Positions 28,789-39,790 of a stretch of 64,000 bases of DNA are shown here, piece after piece (the stretch's first letter is position 1; each line of letters opens with the position of its first letter). The stretch spans positions 186-64,185 of the forward strand of contig CAYWDM010000003.1 of assembly GCA_964457085.1 (NCBI GenBank), written 5' to 3'. The notes beneath the pieces were generated by a model. The model did no database searches, was not told the DNA's origin, and was given only the letters and a program-made list of their open reading frames with translations. Both the position numbers and the translations under genes were made by a program. The DNA comes from an uncultured Pseudomonadales bacterium. Lineage in GTDB: Bacteria; Patescibacteriota; Microgenomatia; UBA1400; PJMF01.

Positions 28789-29124
28789 TTACGAGCCGCA
28801 ACCTAAGGCGCCATCAACTGGCGGGAAACAATCGTCACTTGCTGACATTGCAATCACTGGGATGAGTACCACTGCGGCACTCACGCCCAACGCTTTCAAC
28901 GCATGACTCTTGCCTTTAGGACAACGGTTTTGCATGTTGGTGATGGCTGTGCCAGCGCCAGCGGCGTTCAAATCTGCGGCGAAAAGTTCACTGCAAGCCT
29001 GGTCGCCTTCGCAGGGAAGGCGGTGTGGGCGACGACCTGCGGCAATAGCCGTGTTGGCGTGCTTTGAGTAACGGGCGATGAACCAAGCGATCAACGTGCT
29101 GGGTAATGCAAGAAGTTTTTTCAT
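28789..29124 (-). CDS. Orphan hypothetical protein, C-terminal TM, Cys-rich
   Basis: GGAGGT SD; follows 29137..29553; hairpin downstream near 28725-28756. Confidence 0.6.
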   Translation of the reverse strand: MKKLLALPSTLIAWFIARYSKHANTAIAAGRRPHRLPCEGDQACSELFAADLNAAGAGTAITNMQNRCPKGKSHALKALGVSAAVVLIPVIAMSASDDCFPPVDGALGCGS

Positions 29125-29136
29125 GTTACCTCCAAA

Positions 29137-29553
29137 CTATCTGATTGGGATTGACCAACCAGCTTCGCTGTAGGTGTAGCCGTCAGCATTAAGGGAAATT
29201 TCACCCTCATGTTTGACTGCTAAGCCACCTGCAACGGTGTACCATTGGTTAAACTTGCCACCTTGTTCGGGCAGACCATAACCAAATGTCTCGACGCAAT
29301 GGTCGTAAAAACGATCAATGTAGATTGCAATTCCATCAGCTATTTTTTCATCGCTGACATACAACTGGTCATGCACGATGTACATACGGTCAAGCGTAAT
29401 ATCGGCTGGCTTTGAATCAATGGGGGCACAGCCAGCACTAGCCAATAGTGCACATAGCACGATGAATAGGACTATCCCCACCATAAGATAGTAGAACCAG
29501 CGATTTTTCTCTCCTGGACCAAGTCCAGGATTGTACAGACGGTGCTTTTTCAT
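29137..29553 (-). CDS. Orphan putative lipoprotein
   Basis: GAGGAG SD; TM then LASAGC lipobox-like motif. Confidence 0.6.
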   Translation of the reverse strand: MKKHRLYNPGLGPGEKNRWFYYLMVGIVLFIVLCALLASAGCAPIDSKPADITLDRMYIVHDQLYVSDEKIADGIAIYIDRFYDHCVETFGYGLPEQGGKFNQWYTVAGGLAVKHEGEISLNADGYTYSEAGWSIPIR

Positions 29554-29681
29554 TTGTTAGTCTCCTCGTTCGATTTTTGGCCCAAGAATTTGGGACGCGT
29601 AAAATGATCGAAGTTCAATCATTCAATGCGTCCCAAAAAAGACCAGTGTCATCACCCAAAGATATATATTTACTTCAGAAC

Positions 29682-29692
29682 TGTTAAAGCAC
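29682..29692 (-). promoter_or_regulatory. boxA-like site GTGCTTTAACA between two leader hairpins
   Basis: One mismatch to GYTCTTTAANA; same leader layout as 55862 and 62648. Confidence 0.45.
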
Positions 29693-29820
29693 CTTCATAT
29701 CAAGCATTTACTTGCAATAAGAACAACTTAATTTGAAGTGGAGGAATGGTACCAAGGCCCATAATAAGTTGTTTGAGTACAACCTGAGTGAAACCTGATT
29801 TTTTGTTGGGCTGAGTGTCT

Positions 29821-31806
29821 TTAGCTAGTCAGAGGAAAATGCTTGCGTTTTCTGTTAATCAAAGCATCCTGGTGGCGAATTTTTTGGTTTTGTGTATCGA
29901 GTTGAGATATAGCTGTACTCATAATTTTGTCGGTTGGATCGAGACTGAGTTTTCGTTTTTCCCAACCAAATCGATTGAGTAAATTACCAAGAATATTGAT
30001 GGGCAAACAGAGTTGGGTCTCGCACCATACGATGGAGTTTCTATTTTCCTGTGACATGTTAGTAAACTCCACTGGGAGTATTCGATGAATCTGATTAGTT
30101 GCAGCATCATACCTAGTAGGCAGGAGAATATAGAGCATGCCAAATCCGACGCCACCCTCTGGTGTTGAAACAACAATGTCTTTGAGAAAACTGATGGGAA
30201 TTTGTGCATCTGGAGTTGTAACATTGCCATCCTGATACATTTCTTGCAACTGTTGATAACTGAATTTTTGATGCCAATAACCATCTAAATTGCTGATAAC
30301 ACCAACTGCCTCGGTAGAGGCATGCTCTACGTCAGCAGAATACTTCGATGACAATTGATTTGCTTTTAATACTGTTTCTGCCAATTTAGCTTCATCGCCA
30401 TTAGTTGGGACAGCTCGTGCACGAATAATATATTGCAGTGAGCGAGCCTCTTTCTCTACGGGGGTGATGATGTCTTGCAACTCTTGAGTATCTCTTGGAT
30501 TTTTTAAAGCATCTGTAATAAGATTTTCTAAATCTGCCAGGGAGTTGAATGCTTCATCAATTGGTGTTTCTGCAGTATTTTCATTTATTTGCAATTCACG
30601 ATTTTTAAGTGCCGCTTTAATGGCGGCTCGTAGTGGCGCACTAGCATCGCGGCTGAGAATATCAGCTAAGGCTGAGCCTGAGGATTTCATGCCTGCCTGA
30701 ATGGTCCAATTCGTGTCGTTAGCATCAATAATGCCACTCTCGTGGAGAAATCTATCCATGATCATGGTTGAAAATTGTGCATTTGAACGAAGTGCATCTG
30801 GTATAGGAATTTTTTCGTGCATGCACTTGTGTGTGATTGCATACGCGTGTGGAAATGCACGCGAGATCCAAAGTTCTTGTAGATAGACCATAGCGTCATT
30901 GATATTTGATTCAAGAGCTTTTTTTAATGGATCTGAAGCAATACTAACGATGTTGACATCTCGGAGTATTTTTCGAATGCTTGCCAACTCTTGTAGCTTT
31001 GACTCTGGCATTTTCTCTGCAGGAATCATCAGCGTGCTTGTGATTTTATCCAATAAAAAAAGCAAAATTTGTCTCGGCTGTTCTTGAAATAAGCTGATTA
31101 GTTCGGCTCGTGCTTCGGAAGAGTAATTCTTGATCAACTCGTCGATGCGAGCTAGATCTTTCTCAAGAGTTGAAAGGTAAAAGTCTGGTGTGGTTTTTTT
31201 TGAAAAGACGCTAGTTAGTGCGGCTTCATGTTTGGGCGAAATGGAGTTCCAGCGTGATACTTTTCGATAGGCAGTTAACGCACAGAGCATCTCCGCATTT
31301 CTATATCCATCCATGCCACCGGCGATTAGAGTATCGACCTCCCAAATAGTTTGCATCCGACGGACGTCTTGTTTGCTTAGTGGATTGCCGCCAAAAATTT
31401 CTTTTACAATTCCGCTGCCAGTAGCCCGTCTTATCATCGATGGATAAAACTGAGCTGATTCACCTACTATAAACGGTGTGTGTTCGTGCCGATCGCTACT
31501 ATTAATCCACTGGGGCACAACTCTACCAGTTGCTGGATGAGGACTATAGGAAATGCTGGCACCGGTTGCATTTGTGCCACTTTGAGCTTTTTTTGTAAGA
31601 AAAGCCTCGTATTCATATGTTAAAGTGGGTATATTTCCATCCCCAAGTTGTAGCTGATTGGGTGTTTGTAGAGTTTCAAATGGCTGATATTCTGCCTGCC
31701 ATTGTTGGACAAATTCGTTTGGTGCCTTTTCTTGTTTTGAAAACAATGAGCGAAAGAATCGACTTGCCGAGTCTGGATGTGATGCTTCGCTACCATTATT
31801 TCCCAT
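29821..31806 (-). CDS. Large hypothetical helical protein
   Basis: 661-aa ORF; no recognised motif. Confidence 0.65.
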   Translation of the reverse strand: MGNNGSEASHPDSASRFFRSLFSKQEKAPNEFVQQWQAEYQPFETLQTPNQLQLGDGNIPTLTYEYEAFLTKKAQSGTNATGASISYSPHPATGRVVPQWINSSDRHEHTPFIVGESAQFYPSMIRRATGSGIVKEIFGGNPLSKQDVRRMQTIWEVDTLIAGGMDGYRNAEMLCALTAYRKVSRWNSISPKHEAALTSVFSKKTTPDFYLSTLEKDLARIDELIKNYSSEARAELISLFQEQPRQILLFLLDKITSTLMIPAEKMPESKLQELASIRKILRDVNIVSIASDPLKKALESNINDAMVYLQELWISRAFPHAYAITHKCMHEKIPIPDALRSNAQFSTMIMDRFLHESGIIDANDTNWTIQAGMKSSGSALADILSRDASAPLRAAIKAALKNRELQINENTAETPIDEAFNSLADLENLITDALKNPRDTQELQDIITPVEKEARSLQYIIRARAVPTNGDEAKLAETVLKANQLSSKYSADVEHASTEAVGVISNLDGYWHQKFSYQQLQEMYQDGNVTTPDAQIPISFLKDIVVSTPEGGVGFGMLYILLPTRYDAATNQIHRILPVEFTNMSQENRNSIVWCETQLCLPINILGNLLNRFGWEKRKLSLDPTDKIMSTAISQLDTQNQKIRHQDALINRKRKHFPLTS

Positions 31807-31826
31807 GTATCTAATATACCAGGGGA

Positions 31827-33002
31827 TTAGGAGAGATAAATGTAGCCCTCTCTTTTCTTAGTGACAATACGGCTCTCAGGAAGAACAAGCTCAAGTTTAT
31901 CTCGTAGTGCTGAAATAAGTTGGTCAATTGCCCAGTCAGAATATTTAGTTTCCCAAGATTCTTTCCAAATTGCTTCAGCGATCATGTCTCGAGATACTAT
32001 ATCTCCTTGATTCTCTTCAAAGAGATTGAGAAGTGTTCGTTGTGATGGAGTTAACATTAATACTTGAGATACAACATTCGGTATTTTTGGTTCAATTTTT
32101 TCAAGCTTCATTCGACCAAAGTACTCCTTGAGTAGGGGAGTGAAAGGGGAAAAACTATCAGCGGCATTTTTGATGTAGCCAAATTTAAGTAAAAAACGTG
32201 TTTCTTTTGAATTAATTTCTAGGTTATTTGTAAATAATGCTGTTTGGTAACTAGCTGTAAGATCATTGAGAATACCAATTACTTGAGATTCCAGGCGAGA
32301 ATCTCTGAGATTTGGTTTTATCCATGATGGATTTTCAGAAATTTGTAAACAGAGGGTTTTAATAATACCTGGCAAGCCGCCAGAAAAGTAAATTACTGCT
32401 TCGGTTTGTTGTTTTGATAGTTGAATGTCATATCTGGCTTCTTGAACCGCGATCATGACTCGCGAATCAGTATCGTTTTCAGGCCTGAGTGGTGTGATCG
32501 CTCCAATAATTTGTTCGTGATAGTTGGCGTTCTTCTCTATTGGGGATAGTAAATATGGCAACATATTACTCACTGTAGTGAGAGTGACGAATGTGCAGCC
32601 GGACCTGTTGCCATGTCGAAGCTGGGTAAAAAGTCGTACCAACGTTGGATCGAGCAGTGTCTCGTGAAGCCCAGTATAAATGACAAATACAATTGGTTTT
32701 TTTTGTATTTGTATTTCAATTTTATTTATGAGGTCGAGTGAATTCAGGGTGTTTGGTTGATGAAGTGCCTCTGAAAAAGAAGCTTCTAATTCTTGAAGTT
32801 GTTGAGCTGACTGGTCACATAATGAAAAATCAAGGAATACTGGGGTATAAGAACTGTCGCTGCTCTTAATTGCCTCGACTATGGCAGCGTACCAAAAATC
32901 CAATCCTGTCTCATACATACTGACAATAGTGATGGGATCACAAGCTTTTATCTGTTTGCATACAATCTGGATGACTGATTTCGCGTAATTAGTTAACTGC
33001 AT
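31827..33002 (-). CDS. Winged-helix (OmpR-type C-terminal) protein with degenerate AAA/STAND-like N-terminus
   Basis: SGGLPGIIK; LTPSQ..LL......G.IVSRD.IAEAIW......SDWAIDQLISALRDKL...IVTKKREGY. Confidence 0.75.
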   Translation of the reverse strand: MQLTNYAKSVIQIVCKQIKACDPITIVSMYETGLDFWYAAIVEAIKSSDSSYTPVFLDFSLCDQSAQQLQELEASFSEALHQPNTLNSLDLINKIEIQIQKKPIVFVIYTGLHETLLDPTLVRLFTQLRHGNRSGCTFVTLTTVSNMLPYLLSPIEKNANYHEQIIGAITPLRPENDTDSRVMIAVQEARYDIQLSKQQTEAVIYFSGGLPGIIKTLCLQISENPSWIKPNLRDSRLESQVIGILNDLTASYQTALFTNNLEINSKETRFLLKFGYIKNAADSFSPFTPLLKEYFGRMKLEKIEPKIPNVVSQVLMLTPSQRTLLNLFEENQGDIVSRDMIAEAIWKESWETKYSDWAIDQLISALRDKLELVLPESRIVTKKREGYIYLS

Positions 33003-33146
33003 ATTTTTTTACTACAACTAGCACACAACATAGATTTTTTTAACAACTGAATTCAATTCTATTATAGATGGATATACAACTGATATTCGTAGCATCATTA
33101 TGGGTTTATAACCTCCGGGAAATCCAATCCCGCGGGAGGTGCACGT

Positions 33147-33422
33147 ATGGCAAGAATCGATACATATCTGATTCCTGCCACTTCCAGTAGCACTGGGTAC
33201 ACCATGTACCTACTCCAGACTGAAAACGACTGGGAGCGGGCAGGAATTACCGCGTTGAGTCAACGCGGCCATGACGTCTCATCAAGACCAGTATTTGTTA
33301 ATGGTGAGACACTTTGGTGCGTTTGTTTCCGAACTACAATTTCGGAGATCGAAGGCATGCGAACGTTGGTGGAGGAAGAGGCGCAATTGTGCAAACAAAC
33401 TGCTCAGCCTGCACTTCTCTAA
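33147..33422 (+). CDS. Small hypothetical protein
   Basis: GGAGGTG SD; terminator 33438-33470. Confidence 0.65.
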   Translation: MARIDTYLIPATSSSTGYTMYLLQTENDWERAGITALSQRGHDVSSRPVFVNGETLWCVCFRTTISEIEGMRTLVEEEAQLCKQTAQPALL

Positions 33423-33550
33423 AACCATCATGGAATGAAAGCCGTCCCTACTTAGTGGGGACGGCTTTTTACATTGTTTAGCTAATGGTACTTGAGGTGG
33501 CTGTAATCATCCAATTGCCATTTGAGCTCAAAAAGTATTTGATACAGACA

Positions 33551-35563
33551 ATGAGAAAAAATACTTTATTTGGCTTGATTGTTAGCTTTTTGTTAGTTAT
33601 CACTGCAATACTTGGCATGGCCAAGGAAGCACAAGCTGCTGATAAGTCATATTCAATAGATTCTGTTTTGATTGATTCTACGATTCTGCCCAGTGGTGCC
33701 ATGAAAGTGCAGGAGCGGCGCACCTACGACTTTACCGGCGATTATCGTTTTGCATATCAGACCATCAAGTTTCAACCTGATCAACAAACTAACCCTCAGC
33801 GTATTGAGCCATACATATTGAGTCAATTTCAGTTGTGCGAACGTGAGGTTTGTTATCAATTATTGCCAAGTAACCAAGTAAATTGGCAAACTCCAAGAGA
33901 GAACCCAGATCAAACTTTTGTGGTTGAGAAAAAGGCGGATGAATATTACATCCAATGGCATTTTCGTGCAGATTCAATCAAAAAAGAATTTACTCTATCG
34001 TATGTTGTAGACAATGCGGTAACCCAGCACGATGATACTGCGGAACTCTATTGGCAGTGGATTGGCAGCGGTTGGGCGGTTTCACAAAATTTGGTTAAGA
34101 TTACCACACATTTGCCAGTTGGTATTGCCAGTGATCAAATAAGTGCTTGGGCTCATGGTCCATTGACTGGAATAGTGTCGATTCCCAGCACTACTGAAGT
34201 TGAGTTCTCGGTACCTTCTGTTCCAACCGGCAAGTTTTTTGAAGGCAGGATTGTGTTGCCAAAATCCATAATTTATGGAGGGGCCAAAGGTAGTGGGAGC
34301 TTGGCAAGCATCGGAAATCAAGAAGCCACATTTATCGAGAAGACCAAGCAAAAAGTTGCAAAATACGATTGGATGGCACGCATGGCCATTTTTGGCTTTT
34401 TAGGCTTGCTTGGAGTGATGGTATTTGGGTTTGTTTTAATGTTACACAACTTTTGGTTGCATCATAAAGATCAGATGTTGCCATGGTTGCTGAGTAGTCA
34501 GGGACAATGGGAACCACCCAGTGATATAGATGCAGCACAGGTCGACCAATTACTAACAGCACAGAAAGCGATTACACCGAGAGCTTTTACAGCCACGATT
34601 TTGTCGCTAGTGCGGAAAAAAGTTTTAAAGTTTAGACGTAGTGATACCAAACAAGGGTGGTTATTTCCTGACTACGTTTATTATTTGGAGTTTATGGCTC
34701 ATGACGAAGTAATTGCAGCAAAACTTTCTGGAATTGAAAAGCATGTTAAGAACTTTCTGTTTAATATTCCCGAGACAATGATCTCATTTGGTGGCAAAGA
34801 AATCTCGGTGTTGCCAGTTAAAAGCATTACTGCTTGGGCACAAAGTCACAGAGAAACCAGTTATCAATTTTTTCAAGATTTAGCAGAAAAAACCCTTAAA
34901 GAAAACCTGAGTGAAGGCTTTTTTGATCAGGAGGCTCATAAGCGTTCAAGTCACTTTATTTTTTACGGTGTGGGTTTTATTGTTTTTGCAGTCGCAATTT
35001 TAATTGGATCCCTATCACTAGCTGATTCGTTGCAAACTGCGTCTGGATTTGCCGATGGGCTGCGTGTCATCGGACCAATTGCGATGTTCTTAGGTGTTGG
35101 CATGGGGTTAATTTCATTTTATCTGACTTCTCGAGGTGAAAAGCGTACTGAACAGGGTTTTGCAGAGGCCAAGAAGTGGGCAGCATTCAAAAAACACATG
35201 CAGGACTATCAAAAAACGAAACAATATCCGATCGACTCGATTATTTTGTGGGAGAAATATTTGGTATACGGCACAGTCTTGGGAGTTTCAGCAAAAGCAC
35301 TATCGCAGTTACCAGTGCAATTTAGTCCAGCAGATCAAGCGATACTCACTGGCTATTGGTTGGGAAGTACGGATAGTGTGGGAGGCGGTGGTATGAATAG
35401 TATTGGTGATTTATCTTCGAGTTTTCAATCTCTTTCGAATGCATTAACGAGCGTTTCCAGTGCTGCATCCAGTAGCTATGGAGCCTCTGGCTCAGGATCA
35501 TCTGGTGGATCATCCGGTGGTGGTGGCGGAGGAGGTGGCGGTGGTGGCGGTGGTGCGGGGTAA
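33551..35563 (+). CDS. DUF2207 domain membrane protein
   Basis: ELYWQWIG, WAHGPLTG, WEKYLVYGTVLGV, Gly-rich C-terminus. Confidence 0.9.
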   Translation: MRKNTLFGLIVSFLLVITAILGMAKEAQAADKSYSIDSVLIDSTILPSGAMKVQERRTYDFTGDYRFAYQTIKFQPDQQTNPQRIEPYILSQFQLCEREVCYQLLPSNQVNWQTPRENPDQTFVVEKKADEYYIQWHFRADSIKKEFTLSYVVDNAVTQHDDTAELYWQWIGSGWAVSQNLVKITTHLPVGIASDQISAWAHGPLTGIVSIPSTTEVEFSVPSVPTGKFFEGRIVLPKSIIYGGAKGSGSLASIGNQEATFIEKTKQKVAKYDWMARMAIFGFLGLLGVMVFGFVLMLHNFWLHHKDQMLPWLLSSQGQWEPPSDIDAAQVDQLLTAQKAITPRAFTATILSLVRKKVLKFRRSDTKQGWLFPDYVYYLEFMAHDEVIAAKLSGIEKHVKNFLFNIPETMISFGGKEISVLPVKSITAWAQSHRETSYQFFQDLAEKTLKENLSEGFFDQEAHKRSSHFIFYGVGFIVFAVAILIGSLSLADSLQTASGFADGLRVIGPIAMFLGVGMGLISFYLTSRGEKRTEQGFAEAKKWAAFKKHMQDYQKTKQYPIDSIILWEKYLVYGTVLGVSAKALSQLPVQFSPADQAILTGYWLGSTDSVGGGGMNSIGDLSSSFQSLSNALTSVSSAASSSYGASGSGSSGGSSGGGGGGGGGGGGGAG

Positions 35564-35608
35564 ACAAATTTTCTGATTTGATTGCGGCAACTCATCTGGC
35601 GGTACACC

Positions 35609-35655
35609 CCAAGAGTGTTTGCAGGGTGAATTTCATTCACTCAGCGGGCACGGGC
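35609..35655. repeat. Solo copy of the tRNA-insert motif (36/47 identical to 14118-14164)
   Basis: Ungapped alignment ending in AGCGGGCACGGGC; conserved internal hairpin. Confidence 0.75.
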
Positions 35656-35714
35656 TTTGTAACTCCTGCTTGCTCAATAACTGAGACCACCCTTGGCGGT
35701 ATAATCAAGATCTA

Positions 35715-36995
35715 ATGTTTTTAACTTCATTAACTACTGTATTCAAAAATAGCTGGTTGCTCGGCAAAAATTTTAATAATCTGACGACCAAACCTTCGCT
35801 GAATCGTAATATTTGGCTCTTCTATCTATCCAGTTTTCTTTCCGGACTGATTTTTATTATTCCAGTGTGGGTGTGGTTCGAGCGGCGGATGTTGACTGTT
35901 GGCCAGATGGCTGGACTCGAGGCAGTTGGTACCGCTCTAACACTAGTATTGGAGTTACCAACAGGAGCGTTTGCTGATCTATTTGGTCGAAAGGCAACAG
36001 CTGCCATTGGGTTATTGCTGCAGGGAATTGGTAATGTTGTTTGTGGGTTATCGATTGAGCCAGTGCAGTTTACCGTTGGTTTCATGATCTGTAGTGTGGG
36101 CTCAGCTTTGCTGTCTGGAGCCAATGACGCGTTGTTATTTGACTCGCTCAAAGAAATGGGAAGAGAAGATGAGTTTGCTAAAATGAGCAGCAAAAACGCC
36201 ATGAGTTTCCAAGCTGGAATCGTGATTGCGACTCTGATTGGTGGATACCTTGCAGCTTATTCGCTGAGTTTGCCATATATGCTTTATGGCGTGGCTTTAT
36301 TATTGGCAGCAGTAGCGTTTTCATTCAAACAAGAGCCAAATATCGATAGTGAAGTATTCACCCTCAAAAACTATCTGCTGCAAACGAAAGCAGGAGTGAT
36401 GGAGTTGTTTCGTAGTGAGAAAGTATTTGAGTTATCCTTGTTTTACATTCTAGTCGGTGGCATCACTTGGTCATCTCAGTCATTTTTCAATCAAAATTTT
36501 GCGGTAGATCTTGGACTGACGCCAGTTGAGATTGGCTGGATTTTTAGTGTTGTTCGAATTGTTAACTCAATAGTAATCTGGAAATTAGTGCATTCAAGTT
36601 GGCTGAAGCCGCACATTGCATTTATTTTATTTGCTGTGTTGTTGGCGGTGGCATATCTACCTGGATATTGGGTGGGCAAATGGGTTGGGGCAGCAGTTAT
36701 TGCTCTTGCTACTTTTGGAAGCACAGCTCGGTTTGTGATTTTGGGTCAATATTGCAATCATGAATTTCGATCGAAGAATCGGGCTACGGCAATATCTGCT
36801 CTAAACATGGGTGTGAGCATATTTTATGTGGCAGCAATGGTGCTGGGTGGATGGTTGATGGAGCAGTTTTCAACTAAATTAGTTATCTCACTGCTGGGAG
36901 TTTTTACAGTAATGACTGTCTGGCCACTCACTTTCGTGTTAGTGAAAAAATATCACACGGCAAAAGCATGCGGGCAACAAACCTCAGATACTTGA
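35715..36995 (+). CDS. MFS transporter
   Basis: ELPTGAFADLFGRK motif A, SGANDALLFDSL, RATAIS; about 12 TM. Confidence 0.92.
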   Translation: MFLTSLTTVFKNSWLLGKNFNNLTTKPSLNRNIWLFYLSSFLSGLIFIIPVWVWFERRMLTVGQMAGLEAVGTALTLVLELPTGAFADLFGRKATAAIGLLLQGIGNVVCGLSIEPVQFTVGFMICSVGSALLSGANDALLFDSLKEMGREDEFAKMSSKNAMSFQAGIVIATLIGGYLAAYSLSLPYMLYGVALLLAAVAFSFKQEPNIDSEVFTLKNYLLQTKAGVMELFRSEKVFELSLFYILVGGITWSSQSFFNQNFAVDLGLTPVEIGWIFSVVRIVNSIVIWKLVHSSWLKPHIAFILFAVLLAVAYLPGYWVGKWVGAAVIALATFGSTARFVILGQYCNHEFRSKNRATAISALNMGVSIFYVAAMVLGGWLMEQFSTKLVISLLGVFTVMTVWPLTFVLVKKYHTAKACGQQTSDT

Positions 36996-37045
36996 GAACA
37001 AAAAACCAGCCCACATTTCATGCAGGCTGGTTTTTAGAATAACTA

Positions 37046-37978
37046 CTAGACTTGTTTCTGTCTTCTTTGCCAGAACCAGTAGATAACTGCTGCTGGGATC
37101 CAAATCGGTGAATAGACTACGATCCAGATTGCTAGGTTGGCAAAACTACGAGCAGTTTGAATCATTGACCGAACTGCTTCTTTGTAAATTTGCTGTGGTC
37201 TCCAACTGTTGTCAGGTGCATATGGCAATGCAAGCTCATCGGTCGAGAGATATACACTGACACTAGCCAATTGTGTGGTTTTCTCTAGATATCGTTGTTG
37301 ACCTTTGAGTCCATCAAGCTCTGCTTGGAGGTTCATGATTTCGCGCTGAACTTCAAGCATATCGCTGATTTTATTGGCTGAGCGAAGCATTTCTTCCATT
37401 TTTGCCTTTGTGGCGATGACGATTCGGAGTCGCTCTTCAATATCAGTGTATTGATCAGTTACATCTGTGCCACTGACATATTCTGAGACTACTTTGACAC
37501 CGATGCCCCTGATTTGTTCGAGGGTTTCGGTTAGTTTTTCAGCTTGAACTTTGATATTAACTGAGCCGCTCGAACCACCTTCAGGTGAGCTCATTTGTGA
37601 ATTAACCATGAAACCACCATTTTGGAATGCCAAACCTGAAACTTGATTAATGGTAGATTTTACGTCTTTCACTTTCATTGAAAGATTGGTGTCAGTAGAG
37701 ACCATGCGGTCTGCTTGATTGTAGCTGTTTTGAACTTCACCACCACCGCCTGCAACTGGCAAAGCCATTCTTTTGGCCATCATTGGAGCCGGAGCAACAT
37801 CTGCCATTGAATTAACACCACCCATGCCTGAGTCATAGCTGATGGAACGAGTAGCCCCGTATTGAGGTACGTTGTTACCAAGCAATAGATACAGCACCAA
37901 AGCAATAGCTGCGGTGGCAAGTTTATTATGTTTAATCCATTCCAGGATTCTGGTGGGGAAACTTTGCATATCAATCAT
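37046..37978 (-). CDS. DUF4349 domain protein
   Basis: GGF, DVTDQYTDIEERL, coiled coil, C-terminal TM. Confidence 0.85.
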   Translation of the reverse strand: MIDMQSFPTRILEWIKHNKLATAAIALVLYLLLGNNVPQYGATRSISYDSGMGGVNSMADVAPAPMMAKRMALPVAGGGGEVQNSYNQADRMVSTDTNLSMKVKDVKSTINQVSGLAFQNGGFMVNSQMSSPEGGSSGSVNIKVQAEKLTETLEQIRGIGVKVVSEYVSGTDVTDQYTDIEERLRIVIATKAKMEEMLRSANKISDMLEVQREIMNLQAELDGLKGQQRYLEKTTQLASVSVYLSTDELALPYAPDNSWRPQQIYKEAVRSMIQTARSFANLAIWIVVYSPIWIPAAVIYWFWQRRQKQV

Positions 37979-38098
37979 TGTAGCAAACTGGAGTTAGGAT
38001 AAGTATATGGTTAGATTGATCCCTTATGTAATATTTAAAACATTGTTAGAACCATTTAGACTAGTGCTGTGTTGTCAGGTGAATATTCGTTTTTTGAT

Positions 38099-39406
38099 AT
38101 GAGTAAAGTGTCTAGGATAATTAATTTTATAAAGCACAGATCAGTATTTTTATCTTTACTGCTAATTGTTTTGGTGGCAGTGGGCCTAAGATTTGTTAAC
38201 CTCGAGCTAAGCAGAGACGTAGAATTTGATCAGGCCAGAGACTTATTAGTGACAAACACATGGCTTTCTATGGTGCTGACAAAATGGTTGTTCCACATGC
38301 TGCAGGAGGAGCATGGGTTTTATTAAACACTCCAGTTTATTTTTGGTTAGTCATGATCCTGTGGTGGATTGCGAGAACCCATTTGGGTGTCTTGTTCTTA
38401 TACACTTTGATTAGTACATTGGTCAGCGTGTTAGCTTTTTTGGTAATGCGTCAGCTAATACCTCAGCAACCTAAATTGGCAGTCATTTTAGCCACAATTG
38501 TGGCTTTTTCTGAACCACTTATTATGGCTGCAAAAGATATTTGGCAGCCACATTTTGTACCACTGTTTACCTTATTAACTTTGTTGCTTTATTTTTTTGG
38601 TTTGAGGAAACGTTCTAGCCTATTTATATTTTTAGCACTACTTTGTGCATTTATAACTTTTCTAGAGCATTACTCAGGAATTTTTATTCTGTTGCCAATC
38701 AGTGTTTTGGCAATCGGAGTTTTCGTGACACAAAGAAAATGGCGACAGTTAATGATGACTCTGTTTTGTTTGATTGGTTTTTTTTGGATGTGGGTAGCTT
38801 TGAGCAAATCGAAGCTAGATCAAGTGACTATGGTTCCAGCTTTCGATTTGAGCACAAGTAGTTTGGCTGGCAGGGTTATTCAGCCAACTTTTATAACAAA
38901 TGTTTCGCTGACAGCCAAATTTTTTTTTGATCTCAAATCAGACAGCTTGGCATTTTTTATCACCATTGGCTTAGTCGTAGGACTTGTTTTAGTTGTAATT
39001 TTTGATGGAAAGAGGGACTTAAGTAAACAATCACTGTTGTTCTTGACAGTAAGCATGCTAGCTTTTGGTTTCTATCCAGAATCGTTAGCACAAACGCAAC
39101 ACTACTTATTTGTTTCTTATATTGTTATGGCAGTAACAACTACGGTTTTAATTGGTTTTTTATGGCGAAAAAATGTACCACTCGGACTTTGTGTTTTATT
39201 ACTTGTGCTAGAGGGTGTAAACCGTAATTACATTGTCGGCTGAAGTAGAGGATCCATACACATATGTAGTCTGTCGAGTGCCTGGCATGATTTGTCCGCC
39301 GGCTGCCATGGTGTATAGTGCAAGCAAAGAAGTATATATTGGACCTATCTCCAAAGTCTACCAAGTTGAAGGTTTAGACTTACGTTTTCCAATTTCGGAT
39401 TTTTAA
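38099..39406 (+). pseudogene. Disrupted GT-C (ArnT/PMT-like, GT39/83) glycosyltransferase
   Basis: LR...DQARD N-terminus in one frame; TPVYFW..IWQPH..HYS body in a second; third open frame 39221-39406 after the TGA. Confidence 0.65.
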
Positions 39407-39717
39407 TCAATTTTTTCCTCAGGGGATATGCTGGCTGAAGGCGTGGCGTTGTCTAGTTCTGGCAGGAGTACTGGTCTTTCAACTTTAGTGCCCGTTTTGT
39501 ATGAAATTGCAACATCAGTCTTCAATAGATTCTCAAGTATTACCACTAAGTGTGGTTTGACTGTAATTGGACGAATAATCTCTCCTTTTTCATTGGGAGG
39601 TGGGGAACATGTTTGGTTTGGAGCATTGCAGGTAACGGTTATGGGCCAAGCAAGCACAGCGATGACTAGCAAAATGATGACTTCAACGAACTGCAGCGGT
39701 TTTACGAATTGAGACAT
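39403..39717 (-). CDS. Small membrane-anchored hypothetical protein
   Basis: N-terminal TM, Cys pair, ATPSA tail. Confidence 0.6.
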   Translation of the reverse strand: MSQFVKPLQFVEVIILLVIAVLAWPITVTCNAPNQTCSPPPNEKGEIIRPITVKPHLVVILENLLKTDVAISYKTGTKVERPVLLPELDNATPSASISPEEKID

Positions 39718-39790
39718 ATTGACAAGCTATTGTAATCCAAGTGGAGCACGATGAAATAGATAGAGAACTAGTGTTACAATATCACTCACA

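Noticed and set aside
35500-35560. GGT/GGC-rich simple repeat
   Set aside because: Encodes the normal Gly-rich tail of DUF2207 proteins
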